DNA from: Nitrospirota bacterium
GTDB taxonomy: Bacteria > Nitrospirota > UBA9217
Reading direction: 5' to 3'
Assembly: GCA_021814615.1 (NCBI GenBank)
Contig: JAKAHZ010000004.1
Location: 6,246-70,245, forward strand
DNA: 64,000 bases
Part shown: piece by piece, positions 19,797 to 28,442 of the stretch
Layout of the letters: every line of letters starts with the position of its first letter
How positions within the stretch are numbered: position 1 is the stretch's first letter
Made by a program: the position numbers and the translations under genes
Notes under the pieces: generated by a model
Told to the model about the DNA's origin: nothing
What the model saw: the letters and a program-made list of their open reading frames with translations, nothing else
Databases searched by the model: none

Positions 19797-21229
19797 GTGC
19801 GCCTCTTGCCGAAGAGGCGGGCGGCGATCTTCACCAGAGGATTCTTGCGCAGGCGGTCGATGTAGTAGTATTTCGCCGGCTGGCGGACCACGTCGGTGTA
19901 GGTGGGGTAGGCATGGATCATGGACGAGAGGTCGGTGAAGGGCCGGCGGAGATGGCGGAGGAGCTGGGCTTCATGGATTAGCTCGCCGGCCCGCTCTCCC
20001 AGGATGTGGGCGCCCAGCAGCATGCCGCGGCGGTCGCAGATGAATTTCGCCATCCCGAAGGAGGTGCTGTCGGTCCTGCTTCGGTCGATGTTCGCGTAGT
20101 CGTACCGGAGCACGGAGATCGATTCCCCGTGGAGCGTTCTCGCTTCCTCCTCGGTGATGCCCGCATGGGCGAGTTCGGGATCGGTGAAGGTGCACCAGAC
20201 CACCGTATTGTAGACCGCCCGCTTCCGGAAGGGCAAGAGGGCGTTCCGCGTTGCCGTGATGGCCTGGTATTCGGCCATATGGCTGAATTGATAGGGGCCC
20301 ACCACATCGCCGCAGGCATAGATGTTCCGGGCCGTGGTCCGCAGATACGCGTCGGTCCGGATGCCCTTCGCGCCGTAGGCGACGCCGGCGTTCTCCAGGT
20401 CAAGTCCCGCCGTGTTCGGCGCGCGCCCGACGGCGACGAGGAGTGCCGCGCTTTTCACCGTCTCGCGCCGACCCGAACGCTGCGCGGTCAGGTTCACCGT
20501 TTCCCCTTCCCGTGACACGTTCAGGACCCGTGTCTCCGGGAGGATCCGGATTCCTTCCTCCTGCAGGCGGCCGGCCAGCATGCGGGCGAGCTCACGGTCC
20601 TCATGCGGCAGGATGGCATCGTACTTTGCTATGACCGTTGTGGGTACGCCGAGGCGGGAGAAGGCCTGGGCCAGTTCGATGCCGACCGGACCGGCGCCGA
20701 GCACCGCGAGGGACGACGGGAGGTCTTCGATCGCGAAGATGTTCTCGTTCGTATAATAGGGGACGCTTTCGATGCCTTCGATCGCCGGAACTGCGGCGGA
20801 GGTGCCGGTGCAGATCATGAATTTCGACGCCGAGAGGACCGTGCCGTCCAGATCGACCAAGTGGTTGTCGAGAAAACGCGGGCTGCCGAAGAGCACGGCG
20901 ATGCCCGCCTTCTCGAAGACCGACGCGGGATGGCTGTCCGAGACCTTTTTGACTGCTGCCCGCGCATAGGCCATGGCGTTCTTCGCCGAAAGGACGGGAT
21001 TCCCGGCGAGCGACAGACCGTAGGTCTCCAGATGCCGGGTCTGGTGCGCAACGCGCGCCGCCTTGAGCAATGCCTTGCTCGGCACGCATCCCGCGTTGGT
21101 GCATTCGCCGCCGAGCAGGTTCTTCTCGATCATGGCGACCTTCTTGCCCATGCCGGCGGCGATCTTGGAGGTCACAAAGCCGGCTGCGCCGGCCCCGATC
21201 ACGATGAGGTCATAGTCATAGCGGGGCAT
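19793..21229 (-). CDS. Pyridine nucleotide-disulfide oxidoreductase (dihydrolipoamide dehydrogenase/MerA-like)
   Basis: IGAGAAG, redox motif GGECTNAGCVPSK, GAGPVG, HAYPT; lacks the MerA C-terminal Cys-Cys. Confidence 0.88.
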   Translation of the reverse strand: MPRYDYDLIVIGAGAAGFVTSKIAAGMGKKVAMIEKNLLGGECTNAGCVPSKALLKAARVAHQTRHLETYGLSLAGNPVLSAKNAMAYARAAVKKVSDSHPASVFEKAGIAVLFGSPRFLDNHLVDLDGTVLSASKFMICTGTSAAVPAIEGIESVPYYTNENIFAIEDLPSSLAVLGAGPVGIELAQAFSRLGVPTTVIAKYDAILPHEDRELARMLAGRLQEEGIRILPETRVLNVSREGETVNLTAQRSGRRETVKSAALLVAVGRAPNTAGLDLENAGVAYGAKGIRTDAYLRTTARNIYACGDVVGPYQFSHMAEYQAITATRNALLPFRKRAVYNTVVWCTFTDPELAHAGITEEEARTLHGESISVLRYDYANIDRSRTDSTSFGMAKFICDRRGMLLGAHILGERAGELIHEAQLLRHLRRPFTDLSSMIHAYPTYTDVVRQPAKYYYIDRLRKNPLVKIAARLFGKRRT

Positions 21230-21920
21230 GGTCTTCCTCCGGGATGCGGGCGGTAAAGGCGGGATCGGCAAGCAGCGCCAAGGTCCTTCTGCACGAGCCC
21301 GTCGAACCTGCGTTTCTGCGGGCAAGGTCCAAAAGGTCTTCGATGGTATCGACGTCCCGGAACTGCCGCAATTCACGGACCGTCAGGTTCGCCGAGTGCA
21401 GCCGCTCGCGGGTTGCCGCGAGGACCCGCGGTGTGCTCCAGGGGATGTTCCGGAAAAGCCCTGACCTGAATGACCCGCGCCGGAAGCCGATGAGATAGTA
21501 GCCGCCGTCCGCTGCCGGACCGATCACCGTATCAGCATCGTCAAGCGCCTGCGCTGCGGATTCGAGGATGCCGGCGGACAGATCGGGAATATCGCTGCCG
21601 ATAAGTATCGCCCCTTCCGATCCGGATGCGAAGGCCCGGCTGAAGGCATGGGCCATCCGCTCGCCCAGATCAGCGCCGGTCTGCGGCTGATAACGGCGAT
21701 GCGGGCCGAGCCACCGGGCCAGGTGGCCGGCCGCTTCAGCGGGATGGAATACGATGATGCAGGGATGGCCGGAGGCATCGATGGCATCGAGCATGTCCTC
21801 CACGCATGCCCGGTAGATCTTTTCCGTGCGGTCCCGTCCCAGGGACGCCGCAATCCGGGATTTGACCGGTTCGTGAAGGGGGGATTTGACGAAAAACAGT
21901 ATGGGAACGGTATCGCGCAT
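21216..21920 (-). CDS. TIGR04282/DUF2064-type transferase (arsenosugar-cluster associated)
   Basis: VKSRIA, QTGADLGERM, IGSDIPDL, GPAADGGYYLIG, IPWST, DVDT. Confidence 0.85.
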   Translation of the reverse strand: MRDTVPILFFVKSPLHEPVKSRIAASLGRDRTEKIYRACVEDMLDAIDASGHPCIIVFHPAEAAGHLARWLGPHRRYQPQTGADLGERMAHAFSRAFASGSEGAILIGSDIPDLSAGILESAAQALDDADTVIGPAADGGYYLIGFRRGSFRSGLFRNIPWSTPRVLAATRERLHSANLTVRELRQFRDVDTIEDLLDLARRNAGSTGSCRRTLALLADPAFTARIPEEDHAPL

Positions 21921-21993
21921 GGTCGTCAGGACATCCTTCGTATCGATACTATACCATGCGTGCAAGGGGGTGTCCTGCGAATTGCGAGCAGGG

Positions 21994-22839
21994 TCACCAG
22001 GACAGGAGATAGTCCGCGTCGCTGGTTTTGGCGGTCCGGGGATCGCCCTGGACGGGACCCATGGGAAGCACCACGCGCGACGCAATTGTCGCCTCTTCAG
22101 CCACTTGAGCGGGAATGCCTTTTCTCCAGGCATGGCCGAAGCCCGTGAGTACGGCCACTTTCATGCCGGGATTGTGCTTCCGATAGTTCAGGAGGTAGAA
22201 CGCCATCGACTTGTCCCACACCTGCTGGGCTTCGCAGAAGTGCAGGAATTCGCTGGATGAGCGATGTTCGTGGCCGCGATAGGCATCTCTGATGAACCGC
22301 TGGTAGGCGGGATCCACATTGCAGCTCAAGCCCGGGGGGAGCTGCTTCCGCAGTTTTTCCGGCAGAGCGTCGAATCCCTTCTTGGCGACGGCGTCGGAGA
22401 TGCTGTCGGGAATATTCAGGCCGATCAGGGGGATGCGGTGTTCGCGGGTGTACAGGAAAATATCGCGGTAGAGCGGCCAGGGCATGCGCCAATTTTCATA
22501 GTAATCGGGGAGGAACCGCTCGAGGGAGAGCGTTCCTCCGACCCAGGCATCAAGGGTCTTCTGGCTCTCGGCGCGAAACATCTCCAGCCCCACGGCAAAG
22601 GAGGTGTCGGTCTCGTGCAGGGCCTGAATGATGTCGAGTTCCAGCCGGTGCAGCTCGGGTTCGTCGTGCAGTTCCCCGATGTAGATGATGTCCGCGGTCC
22701 TCAGGTCGTCCATCATCGTTTCGAAGGAGACGGTTTTCCCGTCGCGGACGCGGAACACTCCGCCGTCGCTTTCCTGTCTGGCCGGAAGGAAGGCGACGAT
22801 GAGGAGCAGGCAGATGCCGATGATCAGAGCATACTTCAT
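21994..22839 (-). CDS. ChaN-family (TIKI/heme-binding-like) exported protein
   Basis: IYIGELHD, VGLEMF, EAQQVWDKSMA, LTGFGH; N-terminal hydrophobic leader. Confidence 0.75.
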   Translation of the reverse strand: MKYALIIGICLLLIVAFLPARQESDGGVFRVRDGKTVSFETMMDDLRTADIIYIGELHDEPELHRLELDIIQALHETDTSFAVGLEMFRAESQKTLDAWVGGTLSLERFLPDYYENWRMPWPLYRDIFLYTREHRIPLIGLNIPDSISDAVAKKGFDALPEKLRKQLPPGLSCNVDPAYQRFIRDAYRGHEHRSSSEFLHFCEAQQVWDKSMAFYLLNYRKHNPGMKVAVLTGFGHAWRKGIPAQVAEEATIASRVVLPMGPVQGDPRTAKTSDADYLLSW

Positions 22840-22937
22840 ACTTGATTGTGGCTCACCTCTGGGTCCCTGTCAAGGCGTCTGGGAGGGATAGATGTAGATG
22901 GCGATGAAAGGAACCGGGTGCTCTCCCCCGGTTGTGT

Positions 22938-23933
22938 TCAGCAGGCGACCGCCTGCGGTGTCGTCGAGCCTGTTCAGGAGGAACCCTGGCCCGCGGTGCA
23001 GCCGGCGCAGTGGCGCTGGAGGCGGATCGTTCTTGCCATGAGCCGGGCCCGGTCGAAGTCCCTGATATGGAGCGGCGACCCTTCGGGGAGAGGGATGCCG
23101 GCTGCAAGGTTGAAATCGCAATCGTAGAGCAGTCCGTTCCATCCTACGCTGATCAGTTTTCTGCACATGAGGCCATTGAGTGTCGCTGGATTGTAGGCAG
23201 CTTCGAGCGACCGGAGGTAGGCGTCGAGCCTTCCTTCCCGGTCCAACGCTTCGCGGAACCTTCCGACGGGCATGTTGGCGAAAGCATAGAGGCGGTTGAA
23301 ACTGATGCCGTAGCGCTCCGCCAGGGTATTCCGGAAACCCTGCTCCAGCGACGCCTGGGGCGGCGGCAGAACGGCGCCGCGCGGATTATATACAAGGCTC
23401 AGGGGCCTCCCGCCGGCAACGCCGAACCCGAGGCCGTTCAACTCCCGGAGCGCGGCAATGCTCTTGTGGAACACGCCGTTCCCCCGGACCGCATCGACGT
23501 TATCCTCAAGATACCAGGGAAGGGAGGCGACGATCTCCACGGCCTCATCGGCATAGAAGCGGGGCAGATCCTTGTGGCCGTCTTCGGAAAAGACCGCCAG
23601 GTTCGTCCGTACGATCACATGCCGGCTGAGCCTGCGGGCGGAGCGGACAAGGTGGCGGAAGAGGGGATGCAACTCGGGAGCGCCGCCGGTAATATCCAGG
23701 GCGAGTGAAGGCATCGCTGCAAGGACCGCGAGCACCTGATCCATCGTTTCGCGGACCATCACCTCCGAACGCCCCGGTCCCGCGGAGAGGTGGCAATGGG
23801 AGCAGGAAAGATTGCAGCGGTACCCGATGTTTACCTGCAGAACGGCGATATCCAGCGGATCGAGAGTGCGCGGCGGCGAGAGGCGCGCCTGTCCTTCAAG
23901 GGGAATGCTGTTCTTGTTAAGCGGGATGATCAT
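22938..23933 (-). CDS. arsS: Radical SAM protein ArsS (TIGR04167-type), predicted selenoprotein with in-frame UGA at 22974-22976
   Basis: LQVNIGYRCNLSCSHCH, DITGGAPEL, LMCRKLISVGWNG, DCDFN. C-terminus HCAGCTAGQGSS-UGA-TGSTTPQAVAC*, where homologs have GSSC. Confidence 0.85.
22941..22973 (-). promoter_or_regulatory. Candidate bacterial SECIS hairpin
   Basis: Immediately after the UGA: CAGGC...ACCG-CAGG-CGGT..GCCTG stem-loop, apical loop about 18 nt from the UGA. Confidence 0.55.
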
Positions 23934-24030
23934 CGGCTTGTTCAGTGGGGCAGATCGTCCCCCGGTCGCGGTTACTACTATACCACCTCCGGGACGATCT
24001 CTGCAAAAGGATAGGGGGATTCCGTCGTTG

Positions 24031-24756
24031 CTAGCGGTAGTACTTTGCCAGCTCTTCGGGAGGGACGCCCGCGCAGTAGAGGCATTGGAGCATCCAGTTA
24101 CGCGTTGTGGCACGAAGCACGCCTTCCCGTTCCCATCGCCTGGCCGAGGTGAGCGCCTTTTCCGGGAGCACGGCGATCCGGTCTCCCCGTTTCCTGATCC
24201 TCGCCATGAGCTCTACATCTTCCATGAGCGGAATCTCGCGGAAGCCTCCGATCCGTTCGAAATAGGCGCGTCTCAGGAAGATCGCCTGATCGCCGAAGGG
24301 GACCCTGGTGATCCGGGTCCTGCAGGCAACGTAGCGCTCGGTGATCCGGAAATACCAGCGTGAAGAATCGATGCCCAGGTCGAAACAGCCGCCGACGGAC
24401 AAGGGATCCAAGAGACAGGCGGCAATGAGCGAGTCGGCGTGTGCGGGGAGCAGGGTGTCTGCGTGGAGGAAAAGGATGACCTCTCCTGCGGCGCGGCTCG
24501 CGCCACGGTTCATCTGGATCGCACGTCCGGGGGCCGAGAGCAGAGAAACGACATCTTGAACATCCAGCGCGCTGAGCGTGCTTCCCTGCGGATCTCCGTC
24601 CACGACGATGATCTCGACCGGCAAACGGTCGCAGACAGCGGTGACGCGCCGGACTGTTCCGTTGATCCGGTTCTCCTCGTGCAGGACCGGGATGACGACG
24701 GAAAGGAACGTCGGCTGGAGTCCGGGTGCATCAGGGATGGCTGAAAGATGTTCCAC
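24031..24756 (-). CDS. GT2-family glycosyltransferase, TIGR04283-type
   Basis: SVVIPVLHE, GRAIQMNRGA, LFLHADT, PFGDQAIF, PLMEDVEL, TSARRW. Confidence 0.88.
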   Translation of the reverse strand: MEHLSAIPDAPGLQPTFLSVVIPVLHEENRINGTVRRVTAVCDRLPVEIIVVDGDPQGSTLSALDVQDVVSLLSAPGRAIQMNRGASRAAGEVILFLHADTLLPAHADSLIAACLLDPLSVGGCFDLGIDSSRWYFRITERYVACRTRITRVPFGDQAIFLRRAYFERIGGFREIPLMEDVELMARIRKRGDRIAVLPEKALTSARRWEREGVLRATTRNWMLQCLYCAGVPPEELAKYYR

Positions 24757-24768
24757 GGTAAGGAAAGA

Positions 24769-25410
24769 TCACTTATTGCGGGAAGGGCAGATATCGCGCA
24801 GCACACACGCGTCGTGCAGCTGTTTTCGCGCCTGGCAGACCGCGCGTCCATGGTAGATGAGCAGATGCGAGAGGTTCCCCCATTCCTTCTTCGGCGTGAT
24901 CGCCATGAGGTCCTGCTCGATCTTGACGGGATCGGTGTGTTTCGTGAACCCCAGCAGGTATGCCACCCGTTTCACGTGGGTATCCACGGCGATGCCGGAT
25001 TCGATGCCGAAGGCGCTGTGCAGCACGATATTGGCGGTCTTGCGCGCCACGCCGGGAAGGGTGACGAGTTCCTCCATGGTTTGGGGGACCGCGCCGCCGA
25101 AGGCGTCCATGATCATGGCGGCGGTTTTCCGGATGTTCTTCGCCTTGTTGTTGAAGAAATTGACGGACCGGACGTCCTGTGCCAGCTTTTCCGCCGGAGT
25201 ATCGGCAAAGGACCGGATGGTCCGGTATTTTTTGAACAGCGCAGGCGTGACCTTGTTTACCTGCACGTCCGTGGTCTGGGCGGACAGGATCGTCGCGACA
25301 AGCAGTTCGAAGGGGGTCTGGAAGGCAAGGGCTGTTTTCGGCTTTCCCGAGTATTCCTTTTTCAGCCGCTTAAGGATGATCCCGACCCGTTCCTGTTTGT
25401 CCGTGGCCAT
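24769..25410 (-). CDS. nth: Endonuclease III (HhH-GPD glycosylase) with a C-x6-H-x2-C-x5-C cluster motif
   Basis: LLVATILSAQTTD, LPGVARKTANIV, IAVDTHVKRV, HGRAVC. Confidence 0.93.
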   Translation of the reverse strand: MATDKQERVGIILKRLKKEYSGKPKTALAFQTPFELLVATILSAQTTDVQVNKVTPALFKKYRTIRSFADTPAEKLAQDVRSVNFFNNKAKNIRKTAAMIMDAFGGAVPQTMEELVTLPGVARKTANIVLHSAFGIESGIAVDTHVKRVAYLLGFTKHTDPVKIEQDLMAITPKKEWGNLSHLLIYHGRAVCQARKQLHDACVLRDICPSRNK

Positions 25411-25453
25411 GAACCGCTCCCCGCGTCAATACTTGACAGATTCGTAAGAACCC

Positions 25454-25532
25454 ACCACAGAGTCACGGAGACACAGAGAAAAGCAAGTTGAAAATACGAG
25501 GATTTTCTCAGTGTCCTCAGTGTCTCCGTGGT
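25454..25532. repeat. Intergenic imperfect palindromic REP-like element
   Basis: accacagagtcacggagacacagagaaaa ... ttttctcagtgtcctcagtgtctccgtggt. Confidence 0.6.
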
Positions 25533-25556
25533 AATAATCGACTTACTGTGACTTTA

Positions 25557-27344
25557 TCAATACTTATGACAGTTCTTGCAGATATCCTTGGGCGCGTTCG
25601 CCGGATACCGGAAGAGCTTCATCGAATCGGAGCTGTGCGGATTGTGGCAGCTGGCGCAGGAGAAAGGCTTCCCTTCGCGAGCGGGGTCCCGTTCTTTCTT
25701 GCTCAGTTTGTGCGGTTTTCCGCCGTCGGCATGCTTCGGGATGCCGAGCGGATGGCCGCCGGTGCCGAATCCGGAGATGGCGTGTGGCTTCTTGGCTACG
25801 TCGTCGTGGCAGTCGAGGCAGACGAGCGAGGGCGCCTTGAGCAGGATGGCATAGAAATCCGACGAATGCGGCGTGTGGCAGGAGAGGCACATGCCGTCGG
25901 CGACGGGCGGATGCACGTTCTTCTTCGTGAATTCCGCCTTGTCGTGGCAGGTATAGCAGAGATCGGGGACCGCCGAAAGGAGGAGCCGTTCGTTCTTCGT
26001 TGAATGGGGGGTGTGGCAGCCCGTGCATCCCATCCCGACCGCGGCGTGAACGACCTGTTTCGTGAATTTGGCCTTGTCGTGGCAGGTGTAACAGAGGTCG
26101 GGCTGCGCTGAGAGAAGCAGCCGTTCGTTCTTTGACGAATGGGGGGTATGGCAGGCGGTGCATCCCATGCCGAGCGCGGCATGCACCACTTTCTCGGTGA
26201 ACTTGGTCTTGTCGTGGCACTGGTAGCAGAGCTCGGTTCCTTCGGCCTTCAGCAGCTTGCCGGTATCGGTCGAGTGGGGGCTGTGGCAGGCGGTGCATCC
26301 CATGCCGATTGCCGCATGCACGACTTTCTCGGTGAACTTGGCCTTGTCATGGCAGGTGTAGCAGAGGTCGGCGCCGTCAGCTTTCAGGAGCTTGTCGGCC
26401 TTGGTCGAATGAGGGCTGTGGCAGGCGGTGCATCCCTTGCCCAGAGCGGCATGGACCGTCTTGTGCGTGAACTGCGCCTTGTCATGGCACTGGTAGCAGA
26501 GCTCCGGCGCCTCGGCTTTCAGGAGCTTGGGCGTGGCGGTTGAATGGGGATTGTGGCAGGATGTGCAGCCCATGCCGATGGCGCCGTGGACGGTCTTCTG
26601 CGTGAACTTGGATTTGTCGTGACACTGGTAGCAGAGCTCGGCGCCTCCGTTTTTCAGCAGTTTCTCCGATGACGTGGAATGGGGATCATGGCAGGCGGTG
26701 CATCCCATGCCGATGGCCGCATGGACCGTCTTCTGCGTGAACTTGGACTTGTCGTGGCACTGATAGCAGAGCTCCGGCGGCTCGGCCTTCAGGAGCTTGG
26801 GCGTCGGCGTGGCATGGGGGGCATGGCAGGCGGTGCAGCCCATGCTGATTGCGGCGTGGACCGTCTTCTGGGTGAACTTCGACTTGTCGTGGCAGGTGAA
26901 GCAGAGCGCCGGCTGCTCCTCGTTCAGGAGCTTGGCGTTGTCCGAAGAATGGGGATTGTGGCAGCCGGTGCAGCCCATGCTGACGGCCGCATGGACCGTC
27001 TTGTTCGTAAAGGAGGCCTTGTCATGGCATTGATAGCAGAGCTCGGGCTGCTCGGCGGAGAGGCCCCGCTTGATATTGTTCGTGATCTTGTGCGGAACGG
27101 GGATCATGGCGCCCAGTCCGGTGTGGCAGGTGCGGCACCCCATGTCCAGCGCCGCATGGACGACCTTCTGTTTCGCCAGGCGGGAATGGCACATCAAGCA
27201 GTCCACTTCCTCGGCTTCTGCGGCAGGCGGCGGAAGGAGCAGCAGGAACGCAGCCAGTACCGCCAGAGCCGCCATACGCCGGAGCACTGCGGAGAACGGG
27301 CGCCTGCGGGCTGGATTCATTTCGAAATGATGTGCTGTAGCCAT
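25557..27344 (-). CDS. 23-heme periplasmic cytochrome c built of tandem 45-aa paired-CXXCH repeats
   Basis: Signal peptide ending AEA; 23 CXXCH counted; unit LCYxCHDKxKFTxKxVHAAxxMGCTACHxPHSxxxxKLL (135 bp). Confidence 0.92.
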   Translation of the reverse strand: MATAHHFEMNPARRRPFSAVLRRMAALAVLAAFLLLLPPPAAEAEEVDCLMCHSRLAKQKVVHAALDMGCRTCHTGLGAMIPVPHKITNNIKRGLSAEQPELCYQCHDKASFTNKTVHAAVSMGCTGCHNPHSSDNAKLLNEEQPALCFTCHDKSKFTQKTVHAAISMGCTACHAPHATPTPKLLKAEPPELCYQCHDKSKFTQKTVHAAIGMGCTACHDPHSTSSEKLLKNGGAELCYQCHDKSKFTQKTVHGAIGMGCTSCHNPHSTATPKLLKAEAPELCYQCHDKAQFTHKTVHAALGKGCTACHSPHSTKADKLLKADGADLCYTCHDKAKFTEKVVHAAIGMGCTACHSPHSTDTGKLLKAEGTELCYQCHDKTKFTEKVVHAALGMGCTACHTPHSSKNERLLLSAQPDLCYTCHDKAKFTKQVVHAAVGMGCTGCHTPHSTKNERLLLSAVPDLCYTCHDKAEFTKKNVHPPVADGMCLSCHTPHSSDFYAILLKAPSLVCLDCHDDVAKKPHAISGFGTGGHPLGIPKHADGGKPHKLSKKERDPAREGKPFSCASCHNPHSSDSMKLFRYPANAPKDICKNCHKY

Positions 27345-27377
27345 GACGACGAAATCCTCCGTGAACAGGGATATCGA

Positions 27378-28187
27378 TCAGTATTTATGGCAGTTCTTGC
27401 ACAACTCCATCGGCGTGCGGGCGGGATACCGGAACAGCCTGACAGAGTCGGAACTGTGGGGATTGTGGCAGCTCGTACAGGAAAAGGGTTTGCCCTGACG
27501 GGCGGGATCCATCTTCTCCTTCTTTTTTCCTTCCGGTTCTTTTTTCTCCTTCTTTTCGGCCTTGGGCAGGCCCAGGGAATGCCCGTTGCCGCCGAACCCC
27601 GCGAGGGCATGGGGTCTCTTGGCGACTTCCTCATGGCAGTCGAGGCAGATCACGGACGGAGCCTTCTGAAGCAGGGCATAATTATCCGAGGAGTGGGGAT
27701 CGTGGCAGACCAGGCACATTTTATCCGCGACGGGCGGATGGACGTTCTTCTTCGTGAATTCCGCTTTGTCGTGGCAGTTCATGCACAGGTCGGGCACCGG
27801 AGCGATCAGGAGCTTCTCGTTGTCCGATGCATGGGGATTGTGGCATGCAGTGCAGCCCATGCCGATGGCAGCATGAACGACCGTGTGGGTAAACTTCGCC
27901 TTGTCGTGGCATCCATAGCAGAGCTCGGGCTGGTCCGCGGAAAGGCCTTTGGCGAAGGAGGTGGTTTTCTTGTGCGGCACCTTGAGCGCGTCATCGATGC
28001 CGCTGTGGCAAGCCGGGCAGCCCATGGAGACCGCAGCATGCACGACCTTCTTCTTGGCCGTGAGGCCGGCATGGCACTTGGAACAGTCGACCTCCTTCTT
28101 TGCCGGCGCTTCTGCAGCTGATGAGGGAAGGACGAAGAACAGGGAAACGATTGCCGCACTCAGGGCACAGCTGAGAAATCTGCGCAT
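27378..28187 (-). CDS. 9-heme paired-CXXCH cytochrome c, short paralog of the 23-heme protein
   Basis: 9 CXXCH; same N-cap (EVDC..CH..VVHAA..MGC) and C-cap (DPAR.GKPFSC.SCH...CKNCHKY). Confidence 0.92.
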   Translation of the reverse strand: MRRFLSCALSAAIVSLFFVLPSSAAEAPAKKEVDCSKCHAGLTAKKKVVHAAVSMGCPACHSGIDDALKVPHKKTTSFAKGLSADQPELCYGCHDKAKFTHTVVHAAIGMGCTACHNPHASDNEKLLIAPVPDLCMNCHDKAEFTKKNVHPPVADKMCLVCHDPHSSDNYALLQKAPSVICLDCHEEVAKRPHALAGFGGNGHSLGLPKAEKKEKKEPEGKKKEKMDPARQGKPFSCTSCHNPHSSDSVRLFRYPARTPMELCKNCHKY

Positions 28188-28364
28188 CTATCACAACTCC
28201 TGTTGATGGGGATGATAAGAGGCCGGAGACAACAGGCTGAATTGTAGCCCATTTTCCTCTTCCATGCAATGGTCTTGTGCAGAGAGTCCTGGATTCCCGA
28301 CAGAATGCGAGGGCGTCGGACAGTTGCGCATCTCGACGATAGGACGTTCTTCTGCAGCGAGAGG

Positions 28365-28400
28365 AAAAAGTCCCCCGGTCCTTGAAAAGGACCGGGGGGA
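28365..28400 (-). terminator. Intrinsic terminator of the DUF4382 gene
   Basis: Minus strand: tccccccggtcc-ttttcaa-ggaccgggggac-ttttt. Confidence 0.75.
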
Positions 28401-28442
28401 GAGGAGGCCGGGACAGGGGGAGTCCCGGACACGAGAAGGTTT

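Noticed and set aside
19793..21229. Mercuric reductase MerA
   Set aside because: It lacks the C-terminal Cys-Cys pair and N-terminal metal-binding domain, and there are no mer genes nearby.
25860..27060. Regular 135-bp repeats as a possible CRISPR array
   Set aside because: The repeats are in-frame, degenerate and encode heme motifs; there are no unique spacers or cas genes.
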